A DNA stretch of 64,000 bases, taken from Ptychomitrium polyphyllum. Taxonomy: Eukaryota. The number at the start of each line of letters is the position of its first letter. The first letter of the stretch is position 1. Shown one piece after another: positions 1-13,156 of this stretch. The position numbers were made by a program, and so were the translations under genes. Location of the stretch: positions 18,662,001-18,726,000 of the forward strand of contig OZ316775.1 of the NCBI GenBank assembly GCA_973851085.1, given 5' to 3'. Under the pieces are notes generated by a model. The model ran no database searches. It was not told the DNA's origin and saw nothing but the letters and a program-made list of their open reading frames with translations.

Positions 1-1829
<1,829 letters not shown>

Positions 1830-4324
1830 CCGTCAGCAATTGGTGTCAGTTTGGTACGAATTACCGATTATTATGGAAGTATAGACCCAGACCCTATCCA
1901 TCTATATATAGTCATACATTGAGCCGGAGATTGAGATGATATGACCCTCTTTCCTTACCTTACAGTTTGTTGGCATGCCGTTTGAGACAGACGCGTTGTG
2001 CCTTACTTTCCACTGCATTCGCAGCAGACAAAGCAGGAAGATGTGGTCAGAGAGGTTTGTATAATTTGCAAGGGGTTAATAAATCTAATCCATAGAAAGT
2101 AAGCCTCGGCTTGTTGTGTCAGGCATGCTCCTGTAAAATAGGCGCGAGCCAATTATTTGTGTTAACATGAGTGGAAGTAGTTCAGGGATTTTTCTTGATG
2201 GATTCAAATAAAGTCATTCTTCTCTCTATTCTGAGGTGAGAACTTTTTTATGTTCGAAAATTGACGACTGGGTATTGTATTTTCACATTACAGGACGAAG
2301 CAATGTGTCTAAATGTGTAGTAGGCGGTGCAGGTCTGCAGGGACTGCACATGATGGAGACTACAGATCATTTGTGCAGTTGAGTGTTGTACCTGTTCATA
2401 AGAATTATCACGAGCTTTTTTTCTTTGCTCAAAGCATGCAGGAAGTTGTCATAAACCTTTTAGCAAATAGGCATGGAAGTTGTATTGTGTTAATTGCCCA
2501 TTGCAACTTCCTGCATCTTTTATGTTAAAGAAAGAGAGTTCATAATATCTCTTCTGAATCGAGTGCGCTACGACACACATTAGAGTCAACTGCACAAATG
2601 ATCTGCATTCTCCAGCATGCGAAACCTGCCACGAATTGGTATAATCATTGCAGTCCAGGCAGTCTCTGCATTACCTTCTGAGCTGTCCAAATTGATCGCG
2701 TTCACAGCAGACCATTTGCACTGCAGCTTGTCAACTCTAGAAGATAATTGCGCTCAAATGGGACTCTTGCCCTCATTTTTCATGGTCTTTGCGCACCATA
2801 TATCTCACAGCAATGCTTAGCGAAGAATTCTCACGGTGTCTCGAGGGTGATCGTGACTTTGGTGCTCGCATTCCATAGCACCCGATCGTCGATGTTGATC
2901 AAGTCTGGAGGAAGAAGCATGCCGGTTTTGACCTGTTCCTAACCAATCAGAGGAGGCAACGAGACGAGATGTTCGGTGGTTGAATAAGTGCCAATCATCT
3001 GAGTAAAGAGGGCAGCCAGGGAAAGCATGCTGCTCAATCTCCGTCTCCGAAGTGAGGCATAGCTGGTCATTGGGCGAAGGAATACTGAATTGATGCCAGC
3101 TGCCAACAGCTACTCCGGTTCTGAGCATCAGCTACAAGAAATTCGTTCGACTGCTCAAGTTTGGAGATCAGTAGTATGGAAGTGCAAGGCCTTGAGTCAG
3201 TTAGCCAGTTTCAGAAGGTGGGTGAGTCTTGTGTTATTGAAACATAAGCTGGGATGTCTGAAGTTCAGGTATAAGCTATGACCACGGCCAATTTTCTTGC
3301 TTTACTGTAGTCGTTTAGTCGAGCTCAATCTATCATAGATTAGGTGTTTAGTTTGTGAGTATCAAACTAGTTGAAGCAAACAAATATGTTTCAAACTCTG
3401 GTATCTGTCGTATCATTCCGATATCGGGCCTAGGCATGTAGGAGAGCTGGCTGCTCGTCCCGTGCACAAGCTCATCTGCCGACATCTTACATCTCATATC
3501 TGAAAGGAAAATACATCTCAAATCTCAAGAATTCGCTTCGCACGGGTCCCTCCTTTTCATTCCAACATCGACCAAATTGGTACTTCAAAGATACTTTAAT
3601 GACTTTCTCAAGACATTTCGGGGATTCTCAACAATACTAGTTGACCGGCTCCTTCTGTATGATGAGTGCCGGATCATCAACCACCTGTACTTACAGAGTT
3701 GAGACTGTATGCATAGCGGTGATAGGGTTGCAGACTTGCATCTACGGTGACTATCTACCTTCAAGCAGTACCGGACCGACCAGGGTATAGGAAATCCTGA
3801 AATAACAATCTAGAATACTTTTTTGAGATGCGATTTTTTAAGTAATTTGTTATCGATCACTCAATTATTACTCCTAAAAGGGCAGTTGTAAATATTGTTG
3901 CCCTAGAGTCTATCATTACCTTTAGCTTAGACAGAAGGAGACAGTTGCAACAATATTCTTCTCAAATCTAGTGACAAATCACTGATGTTGTGGTTCTTTT
4001 AGATTGTGAACTTGGAGTTGTGGAATACAGCTTTCAAGGTTCACTCTAAATTTGAAGTTTGTACCGACGCAGGTCGGAGATCATAACCCACAAGAACGTA
4101 AGCAGTAGTAACAGTCTTCCCTGTCCTGGCCATAAAGGCTGAACAATAACTCAGAGTAAAAGTAAGGTAAGGCTTGTGAGATCTCTGAGTCAAACATCTC
4201 CAAGTAAATCATCTTCTTCCATGATTCAGGCCACAAATGCCAAGTTCATAACTGGTCTGACATTTCCTCTAAGCAGATCCATGATGTCGATCAAGTTTAT
4301 GCATAAATTTTAACAGAAGCATGA

Positions 4325-4380
4325 GACTCACTTCAAGATGACAAGTTGTCAAGTATAGCCTTCATCTTGTCCAGGACGTC
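4325..4380 (-). repeat. Degenerate local duplicate of the last codons and stop region of the VEP1-like gene
   Basis: GACTCACTTCAAG at 4325-4337 equals 4647-4659. TAGCCTTCATCTTGTCCAG at 4356-4374 equals 4672-4690. Confidence 0.8.
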
Positions 4381-4654
4381 AACTCATACGCGGATTTGCC
4401 TCAGTAAAAATGCCTTCACACTACTAAGCAAAGAAAATTTTATTCATGTCCAGTAAACCTGTTGGCAAACTCTGAAATGCACAAACCACCGGTCTCTCAA
4501 AACTACTACTTAACCGAGTCATATATGTACACCAAATATACATACCAAACCATTATGGAAAGATTTCCAAAATACAACTGGTTGAGCATTCACCACACAT
4601 GGTTCCATGCCGATAATTTGAACAGAATTTGAAGTTGTAAGCGTAGGACTCACT

Positions 4655-5910
4655 TCAAGGAATCAAGTTGTTAGCCTTCATCTTGTCCAGTACATCCATG
4701 AAAGACTTCTCCGAATTACGCCAGCCCAGAAACCCGAGCTCCTTATTCTTGTTCATGCTGCTCACATTTTCATCCACCTGGTTCAAAATCAAATCCGCAA
4801 ACCACCAGTGACCAATCTTCTCCAGCTTCGTGGGATCCAGGTTGTGCTGCTTCACAACCTCGTCCCACACAGCATCCTTGCCATCCATCACCTCTGCTAA
4901 TTTCACCCCCTTGCCGCTGTACTCGCCCACGTCCATCCCAAACCGATCCGCCATCATCTTCCATAACTTCTTCCACTTAAACACATCGCCGTTGGAGCTG
5001 TTGAGCGCTTGGTTCTTCGCCGCGGGGTCCACGCTCGCCCAAATCTCCTGCTCGGCGATGAGCTCGGCGTCGGAAGCGTCGAACAAGCGTTCGTATGTGA
5101 ATTGGTTGCCCGGCCACATAAGCTTTTTCCCCTCCTGCTTGCAAATCAAGGCATACACCGCCACCGTGCTGACGATGTTCATCAAGTTCCCGGCGGCAAA
5201 ACCAACGATGACCGTGGGCCGATGGATTGAGTACGTGAGACGAACTCCAGATTGTTTCACGGCTTCGAACACGATGTCTTCCTGATATCGGAAAAAGATT
5301 CAATTCAACATACCAAACTATTTTTATTGGCGCCAGAATGTGAGGACTAGAAATTTTGCATTAATGGGATTCGTTTTGATGGGTAGTTTACCTGGTTATG
5401 GTAATATTGGTCGCAAGGGAGGCGCGGCACGTCTTCCACATATGGCGAGTCGTAGGCCTTGATCTTCCCGACGAGTTCGAATGGGCCGGTGTATTGCTTA
5501 CCACCAGTCTGGAGGATGATGTGTTGAAAGTTCTTGGCATTTGCAAGCAGGGCATCTAGTGGGTTCTGCAACATCTTGCTGTTTAATTCAATGTTCTCTT
5601 TCTCGTTCTTCCCTTGCACCCATGTGTTCCAAAACATATGAGTCACATCTGTTAAGGCTCCGATCTTCGCTAAGGTTTGTTCCCTGTCCAGGAGATCCAC
5701 TTGAAGATATTCTACTGGGGAGGGGATCCATTCCGGCCTTGGCCGTCGCGCCACACCGTAAACTTTCCATGGTCCTCCATATGCATCAGGCTTTGAGAGA
5801 ATCTCAGCTAAGTAGTTGCCGACTATGCCATTCACGCCCAGGATGAGCGCCACCTTTGGCTCTCCACTCTCAGCATGATGCTTTCCCTGTTTCTCACACC
5901 CACAAACCAT
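4655..5910 (-). CDS. VEP1: Progesterone 5-beta-reductase / iridoid synthase-like SDR (PRISE family); exact N-terminus uncertain
   Basis: Exons 5910-5392 and 5281-4655, with GT-AG intron 5282-5391. Motifs: GVNGIVG (GxxGxxG), WKVYGVARRPRPEW, QTGGKQY, QYYHNQED (NFYYxxED-like), YSIHRP (WSVHRP-like), DASDAELIAEQEIW, SSMNKNKELGFLGWRNS. A possible extra first exon starts at ATG 6006. Confidence 0.92.
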
Positions 5911-8199
5911 ATCAGAACTGTGCACCAGCACTTACACAACTTAGATAGCATCACAATAAAAGCCTCACCACCACATCTTCTTCTTATCCTCAATGCCAAA
6001 AAACATATCTTTCAACCCAATCTCTCCGCATAAAGTATTAGAACCGCAACTCTAGCATACGGAGCTGACATCTTCGTGTCCTGAATGCTAAAACAACATG
6101 ATGAACATTACGAACATCAGGTATTTTTTTTAAGGAACTGCACGACATGAAGAAGTTACGATGCGGCGTCTTTTACCCCAGCTCGAGGATTAAGTCGCCC
6201 AGTCTGCCACGAAAAAATCCCCATCGTCTCCACTCCAACACTAACCTGACAGTTCTCACTCCTTCACAACTACCGAAGTATCAAACGGAATGTTCTCAGT
6301 CCTTCACAGATTCAACCTATGGAAACACTCGACCGATGTTCTGAATTCTTGTGAGTTTGAGTCGACAGTAGTAGTGGTACAATCTGTTGATCGAGGTTTT
6401 TATATCTAGATCCATGGGTATGATACCGAAGGCGACCTCGAAGCTGCCTCTGAGTAGCCGGATCTCTGGATTGACCAATAAGTGTAGCACTCACAGAAAG
6501 CACAGTGCCTAACCCTGCATGTACCTACCTGGATGAGAAGCTGAATCACTGCAGCATGAGCAGCGACATTCGGCATGTTGAGAATGCGCAGGTGCAAGCC
6601 ATGTAGTGATACTCTCGGCACAAGTGGAAAAGTTGTCGAAAACAAGTGTACCCAGGGAATGACTGGTTGCCATATGGATCATGCAGTGTGAAGGCCTGTT
6701 TTCACTTTTTGAGAGCTTGGGCTAAAGTGCAATGACACAAGTAGTATCTTGCTTGAAGGATAACACCAGTGTAAGGCTGTACCTTTCACCAAATTAGGGA
6801 GCTGTCGCTCAAAACCCATATGGGAGGCCTGTGGCTTTTAGTGTGGCTTCTAGTGCTGAGAACATGAGAATGAATTTTATACATACAACAAAGTTTAAAA
6901 AGAACATTCAAAGAATTAAAAGCTAAAGAATTGGTAATCCTTCAAAAAGTGTTTCATAAAAATAAGTTGTTTTTTGGTTCCAAAATTTTCAACACCATAG
7001 TTTATTCTTGGCCTTATTGGTTAATAACATCTTTGAGGTTGTTAAAAATAAGTTTCTTTAAGTTTCTAAGAACTACCTACATTTGTCATGTAGAATTCCA
7101 TGTAAACCTTTTTATCCATAGAACTTTGTTTAGGTCAAAATCCATTATTTTGTTTTGTATAAACCCAATTAAATATTCTAACCCAATGAAACAAAGATAT
7201 CATTATATAAGATACTTTTAGAGGAACTTTTAAACTCCTCCTTTATGGCTACTCATTCCAAAATTTGAACACTTCAAGTATACAAGAAGGAAGATTATAG
7301 TGTCAATATCTTGCACATTTCTACTTCAAATGAAACATACATCTACTTTACAATGTTCTCTATCTTAATGTTGTTCCAAAGAGCCTTAGCCCATGTTTTG
7401 ACTCCAAACATTTGCAAGCTATGAATTTTTTGAATTTTGCTCTTCTTTAAATGACATGTTTTATGTTTGAATGATTACAAGAATAATACAAAACGTGAAT
7501 ACAAAGCGTCAAGTTTAAGTTTAGTATTAAGGCAAAACTATTGTAATAGAACATCAAATGAGTCCATATCCATCATTTTAACTTTCAAAATTATGAAAGC
7601 ATTGAATGCTTTTCAAAACAAATGTTCATTATAATTGTATGGTGATGAAAGACCTCAAAGATTACATGAGACTTTGAATTAACACCTCACTAGTCAACCT
7701 ATAGTTGACTTCCTTAAGAATAGAACCTGTAAAGTATATTGTTAGATAATTGCTCTGTTTATGAATCATGCTACGTCTCCTCGGACCTAGATGTAAATAG
7801 GCCATGAATACTTTCCTGTTGCTCATCTACCACCTTACTATAATTCTCTGTGTTGCGCTCAGCGTGATGGTGGGTGCAGGATAGGTGGTGCCATCAGCTT
7901 CTGAGGTGAAGAATCATTCTCTTTCATTTTGAGGCTGTGAGCCTTTGCCTGTCGTCTTCGGATACTGCATGCTGAAGCTCCACAACAAGAAAAGATGCAA
8001 ACTGGTGCACAAGACAAGTGTAGGCTTTGTTGGAGCTTGTTGACTTGCCGTGCCATTTTACGATTCACAATCCACTGTAGCCATAGTTCCGAAGGGAGGC
8101 AACACCAAACTTTCCAGGAACTCCCAACTTTCCAGTGACAGTATATTAAAGTCACCATATAATATGTTTAAGTTAGAGCGGCTTGAGTGGATGAAAAAA

Positions 8200-11100
8200 G
8201 GCTGAAAGTGGATTAAAAGGGATGAAAGTGGATGAAAATCATCATTGTTGACGAAAATGAAAAATGAAAAGTTGTGAAGTTTCAAATGTATTCAATATCT
8301 CATAATATATGATGATTTCATTGTAGTTATGCAGGTAATATGTAATCAAGGTTGTCTTATTACCAAAGGATTGTATGGTAATTAAAGTCAAAGTAAATCA
8401 AAATAAAGCACTAACTCATATCTGCACAAGTCAAAGATATACTTTTAAGTGATTTTGATATGTGTGCAAAAACCCAATCTAAGACGTATCCAATTTGAAG
8501 TTCATTTACTTCTACACAATTATTCTTTTTCTTTTCAAGTTTTTTGAAGATTGAATTATGCAATGTGTATTATAGCATCTATATGTGCTATTTTTGGATT
8601 TTTGTCTGTATTTCTTATCATATGGTTTTCAATAGAAATTTTTATTTTTCTGTGCATAAATTCTATTTTTATAGTCGTTGCATTTTTCTCTTTTGTAGTT
8701 CTAAGTATATTCAAATTCATAATTGAGACTTTAAACTTCAAAATTTAATGAGAAAATTTGGGTTAATTCAATAAATTTAAATCCATCAAATTCATGCATT
8801 TTATTGAAATGAAAGATTCATATAAAATTTTCAATTTCTAACTTAAATTTCATACACATTAATTTATTTAGAACTTCAATTTTAAGTAACTCATTTTATA
8901 ATAGGACAATGGCTTGGTATAATTTCATAAATAAATTCCTCTCTGAAACATTGTCATTTAATGTATGATAGAAATCACATATTTTAAACTTAAATGAATT
9001 ATTCCTAGATTTAAGAAAAAGTTGCAGTATTCCATCCAAAATACTAATGAACAAGAAGGCTTGAAGAAATTTGATATTCTTTTTTTTCCTTTAATTTTAT
9101 AAATACTAGAATTGTCTCAACTTTGAATTTGAGCCAAAAAGTACAAATTAAAATATTAATGAATTTTATTATAATAAAATATTTCATAAAAGTGAAATTT
9201 AGCTAAATCAATATTTAAATCATATCTATGTTCAATTTTAGTTTTTAATTTGATGTTTTGATGTTATACAAACTTAAAAAATATGTTATTATTTTTTATG
9301 GCTTAGGTAGATTTACTCAAATTTGTGAATAGTTTGAATATATTGTATTATGAAAAGATTATAAACAAATTCAAAATCCTTTCATTCTTTAAATGAACAT
9401 CTTTGTTGTAAGTCATTTAATCTATGACAATTGTCATATTTACTTTGTATATTTGAATTGGTCTACATAATTGGACTTTTATTTAGAGTGTATTTTGATG
9501 ATTCATAAGTAATCCTTAATTTCTTTAAAATGATGAAATTAATTTTATCACACCTTTCAATAATTAAAACAATTCACCTTTGCATTGAAATGTAGAAATA
9601 CATATGGAAGTATTTAATATTAAATAGAATAAATACTTGTAGAAATAAGAAAATATACATGGTCTTAAAGATTGATAAATGTAAAGATTCAATCTTCAAT
9701 TGAATTTGGTATGTCATCAATTTTTTGATGAACTTATTGAATTAACATAATGAAGTCTTTTCATTCTTCTTTGTTATATATTGTATCAATTGACAGCACG
9801 AAAAATAAGATCTACAATCTTGTAATTGCTACCTTTTGTAGATTAGCAAATACAAATTAATATCTAAACCACAAGTACTTCTTTTATCTATAACTATACT
9901 TTATTATCTATATAATAAACCACAACTACTTCTTTTATAAATATCTAAACCACAAATTGATTCTATGGATTGTTAATGGTATCCAATAAAGGATCAGGTA
10001 CATTATTATATATAAGATGGAAATCTTTAAGCTATGTTCTAAAATTTGATAAGATCTTTTTGAAAGTAGTGACATATTACTTATTAATTTTATTAACTTT
10101 GATAGAGAAGTTATGAATACATTTTATTTATCATCTTAGTTCAAAAACTATATAATATCCAAAAAATCAAAATCACTTTGAATATATTGCACCTTCTATT
10201 TATAAAAAGCATAGCAATAGTACCAATACCATGTATATCTTGAAATTTTTTAAGATTTAGAATTTTAATTTTTATAAACATTGTTATCTTTTTTACATGG
10301 CTCATGAACATCATTTAATATCTTCCTTTATATTTCACTACTAACAATGTTTTGTATGATTGTATGAAAAAAGTATATAAAAAAAAAAGATTTTGAAATG
10401 TTAATATGACAATAGGAATACTACATACTTTAATGAAATATTTGTGGTACATTATCTATATATTATTAAAATATCATTGATCTAATTTAAACATTCTAAG
10501 AATTTACAAATTTAATCTTAAATTAATAAAATTAATACCTTGTATTGTCTAGTACAATATTTTTTAATATTTTATTACAAACCTCTCCAAATAATTTTCC
10601 TTCTAAATATCTTTTCTCTTCTTCAAAGAAAAAATTTAATTCTCAAAAAGGAAATAAAATACAATTTTAAATATAATTATTGATAACTCGTTTTATTTTT
10701 TATAGAATATATTACATATATTATCTTTAACCTTTTGCACTATTTTTAATACAAGTGGTTTAAATTTTAGCTTATAATTATAAAAACTTCAAAATTTGAA
10801 GTATACTTGAAACAAATGGTGCATTAACTTCTACACCTCATATTATTCAAATAATATTAACAATTATTATATTATTTTTTATAATAATATAAAAGTGCAT
10901 ACAAAAAATATTTATAAAATCATTGTTCAAAGCAGAATTAAACATATGTTAATGATATACATGTCATAGTAAATATTTTGAATAAACCTCATGACATTTT
11001 AATTATTTACACTTAAGTTTACAATTACAAATGAATTTGATAATAAAATATAAGATCTCTAAAAGTTTTGTGTTATATTTAAAAAACATCATGTAGTTAA

Positions 11101-11700
11101 ATTGAATTAATTTAAGTTGCAATGAATAGTCCTAATATCTCTTTTTAGAAATTTAATTTATTATAAATATTAAGATTTAAAACACTTACTTCTATAATGA
11201 AATTGATACACTTTTGTTCAATAATAATCTTCCTTACAGAGTTGTTTAAGCATTAAGCTTGAAATGAGTGCAAATATGATAATTGCGTAGCTAGTGATGG
11301 TACATTTATAATTTTACTTAGCAAATAATCATCCATAGTATTTAAACAATACATATATCTATAATATACAACAGCAAGTTTTTCATCTTGACAAAGGAAC
11401 CAACACATATTCATTATAACTTGAAATTTCAAAAGTTATCTGTGGTAAAATTCTAAAAGAATAAAAAGTGAAGATGACATTTATATTAGCATGAATTCCA
11501 AAATACCTATTTAGACCAAAATATCCATTTCCATACATCATTTAATCATCTCTAATGAATATCAAATGAAACATTCTAGAAATGGGCCATATTGTATATC
11601 AACGGAAAGAAAAAAATTTGTTTTATAACATTTGGGTAGTTCAAATGCACACAGGTTATAATTTCAATTATACAAGTTCAAAATGCAATCTTTATTTGAG
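8200..11700. other. Very AT-rich, CpG-poor island; probable decayed transposon or other repeat-derived DNA
   Basis: Visibly extreme A+T content, no credible ORF, short internal tandem repeats (TAAACCACAA x3 near 9865-9955), and GTGGATGAAA-like repeats at the left edge (8185-8240). Family not identified. Confidence 0.4.
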
Positions 11701-12269
11701 CTTGGATAAAAGGATTGAAAATGTACCAATCACCTAAATAGTTTGACTCCAAAGAAAGACGGTTGAAAGGCCCACTTGACATTCACAATCAGAATGTCAT
11801 GATTGTCTCAAGTTATCAACACAGACTGCCCTGTAGCACTTCATGAATCCCCACAAAGCATCTCTGCAAGCATCTCTGCAAGCATCATCCCCAAGCGATA
11901 TCCGCAGATGCTCCACTGCTCTCATTTCCTAATATTATTTTTCTCCCATGCAAAGCATCTGCAGGGCTTGAGGAGTCATCAGCAGAAGCACAATAACTTA
12001 TTTCCGGTTTTCATTTGCACCGCTGATGACTCACATATGCTCACAAGGCGACATTTTTCTGCACACGAGAGAGGGAGAGATACAGTACACCATCTAACTT
12101 ATCCACTTCGGCTCATTGATCCTAGTATACTTCTCTCTCTGTCCTCAGGAAAACACTACTGTGCCTGTGGAGGGAGGAATCAGGATTACCAGAATCTAAT
12201 TCAAGCAACTAGATCACTTCCACGAGATGCAGATTGAATGCCGCTACGCTAGCTGAGGAAGATCTGGCG

Positions 12270-13154
12270 GTAAGAGGTAATTTAGTTCAAGGCACCAAAT
12301 TCTTTGATTTTATACTTTCCTGCATTCACGGGAGGAGTAATCTGAGAACTTGAAGCTGCTAGTGCAGTCTTGTTGGTGCCCACATAGCTGTCGAGTGTGA
12401 TACAGAGCACGGTATCGATGTACACAACTGTGTCAAAAGCTTATTCTTGTAGGAGCGTTTGTGTTTGCCATATGGATGATCACCTGATCGCCATATCTGT
12501 GGCGCCTGTGTGTTTAGGGTTGTCTAGCTCACTCCTGCCATGGCAGGTCCTTCATCTTGCAGTATTGCTTAGAATTTACTGCTTGTCGCGCCAGTCACGT
12601 TGTTCATCGTTGTTGTTCTGATGCACATGAGATTGGTTTTTATGTATTGTTTGATTCTGCGTGAGATGCCGTGTATACTCTTGGTGTTAAGTCTTACAGA
12701 GGTTGAAGGTGAAGGGACTTTCCAGAGATTTGAATCGATCCATTTTCCGAATTGGATTCAGTACCTCACACGCTTAAACCTGATCTATGTTATCTTACAT
12801 GAATCTAGAGTACGAGCCTGGAGTTGTGAGCTGCTATGGTCCTTTGTATCTCCACATTCCGTGCTCAAGTGTATAGCAACCAATGTTTCAGAACCCAACC
12901 ATCTCCTGTCTCATCATACTGACTTCTCTAGGGTTCGTCTCTAGGTTTCTCTAAAACTGTCATGCCACAGATATTTTGTCAAGCACCTTGATTTATCTTC
13001 CATGACAAGCAAACCGGGATATTTGAGCAAAGAATTTGTGAGCGCCTCTGTGCAGACAATTAACACCAGATAATGTACTAAGGCTCTACTTCCAGACTCA
13101 AGACCCTGCAAAGGACATCGATTTGCTTGCCTTCAAATCATTCTTTCCCTTCAG
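12270..13154 (+). other. Putative 5' UTR intron of the PFP beta gene
   Basis: Donor GCG|GTAAGA at 12270 (alternative GTAATT at 12277). Pyrimidine tract plus acceptor TTCTTTCCCTTCAG ends at 13154, two bases before ATG 13157. Confidence 0.55.
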
Positions 13155-13156
13155 CA

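Noticed and set aside
6400..6660. GC-richer stretch upstream of VEP1 considered as an ncRNA or tRNA
   Set aside because: No cloverleaf, A/B boxes or snoRNA/snRNA motifs could be built.
9700..9755. Apparent inverted similarity to 49870-49915 between two AT-rich islands
   Set aside because: Does not extend on either side; plausible by chance at this A+T content.
11857..11886. Short tandem repeats (AGCATCTCTGCA x2.5 here; about 50-bp unit at 20945-21050) considered as CRISPR-like arrays
   Set aside because: Only two or three adjacent copies with no unique spacers, in eukaryotic DNA; ordinary slippage repeats.
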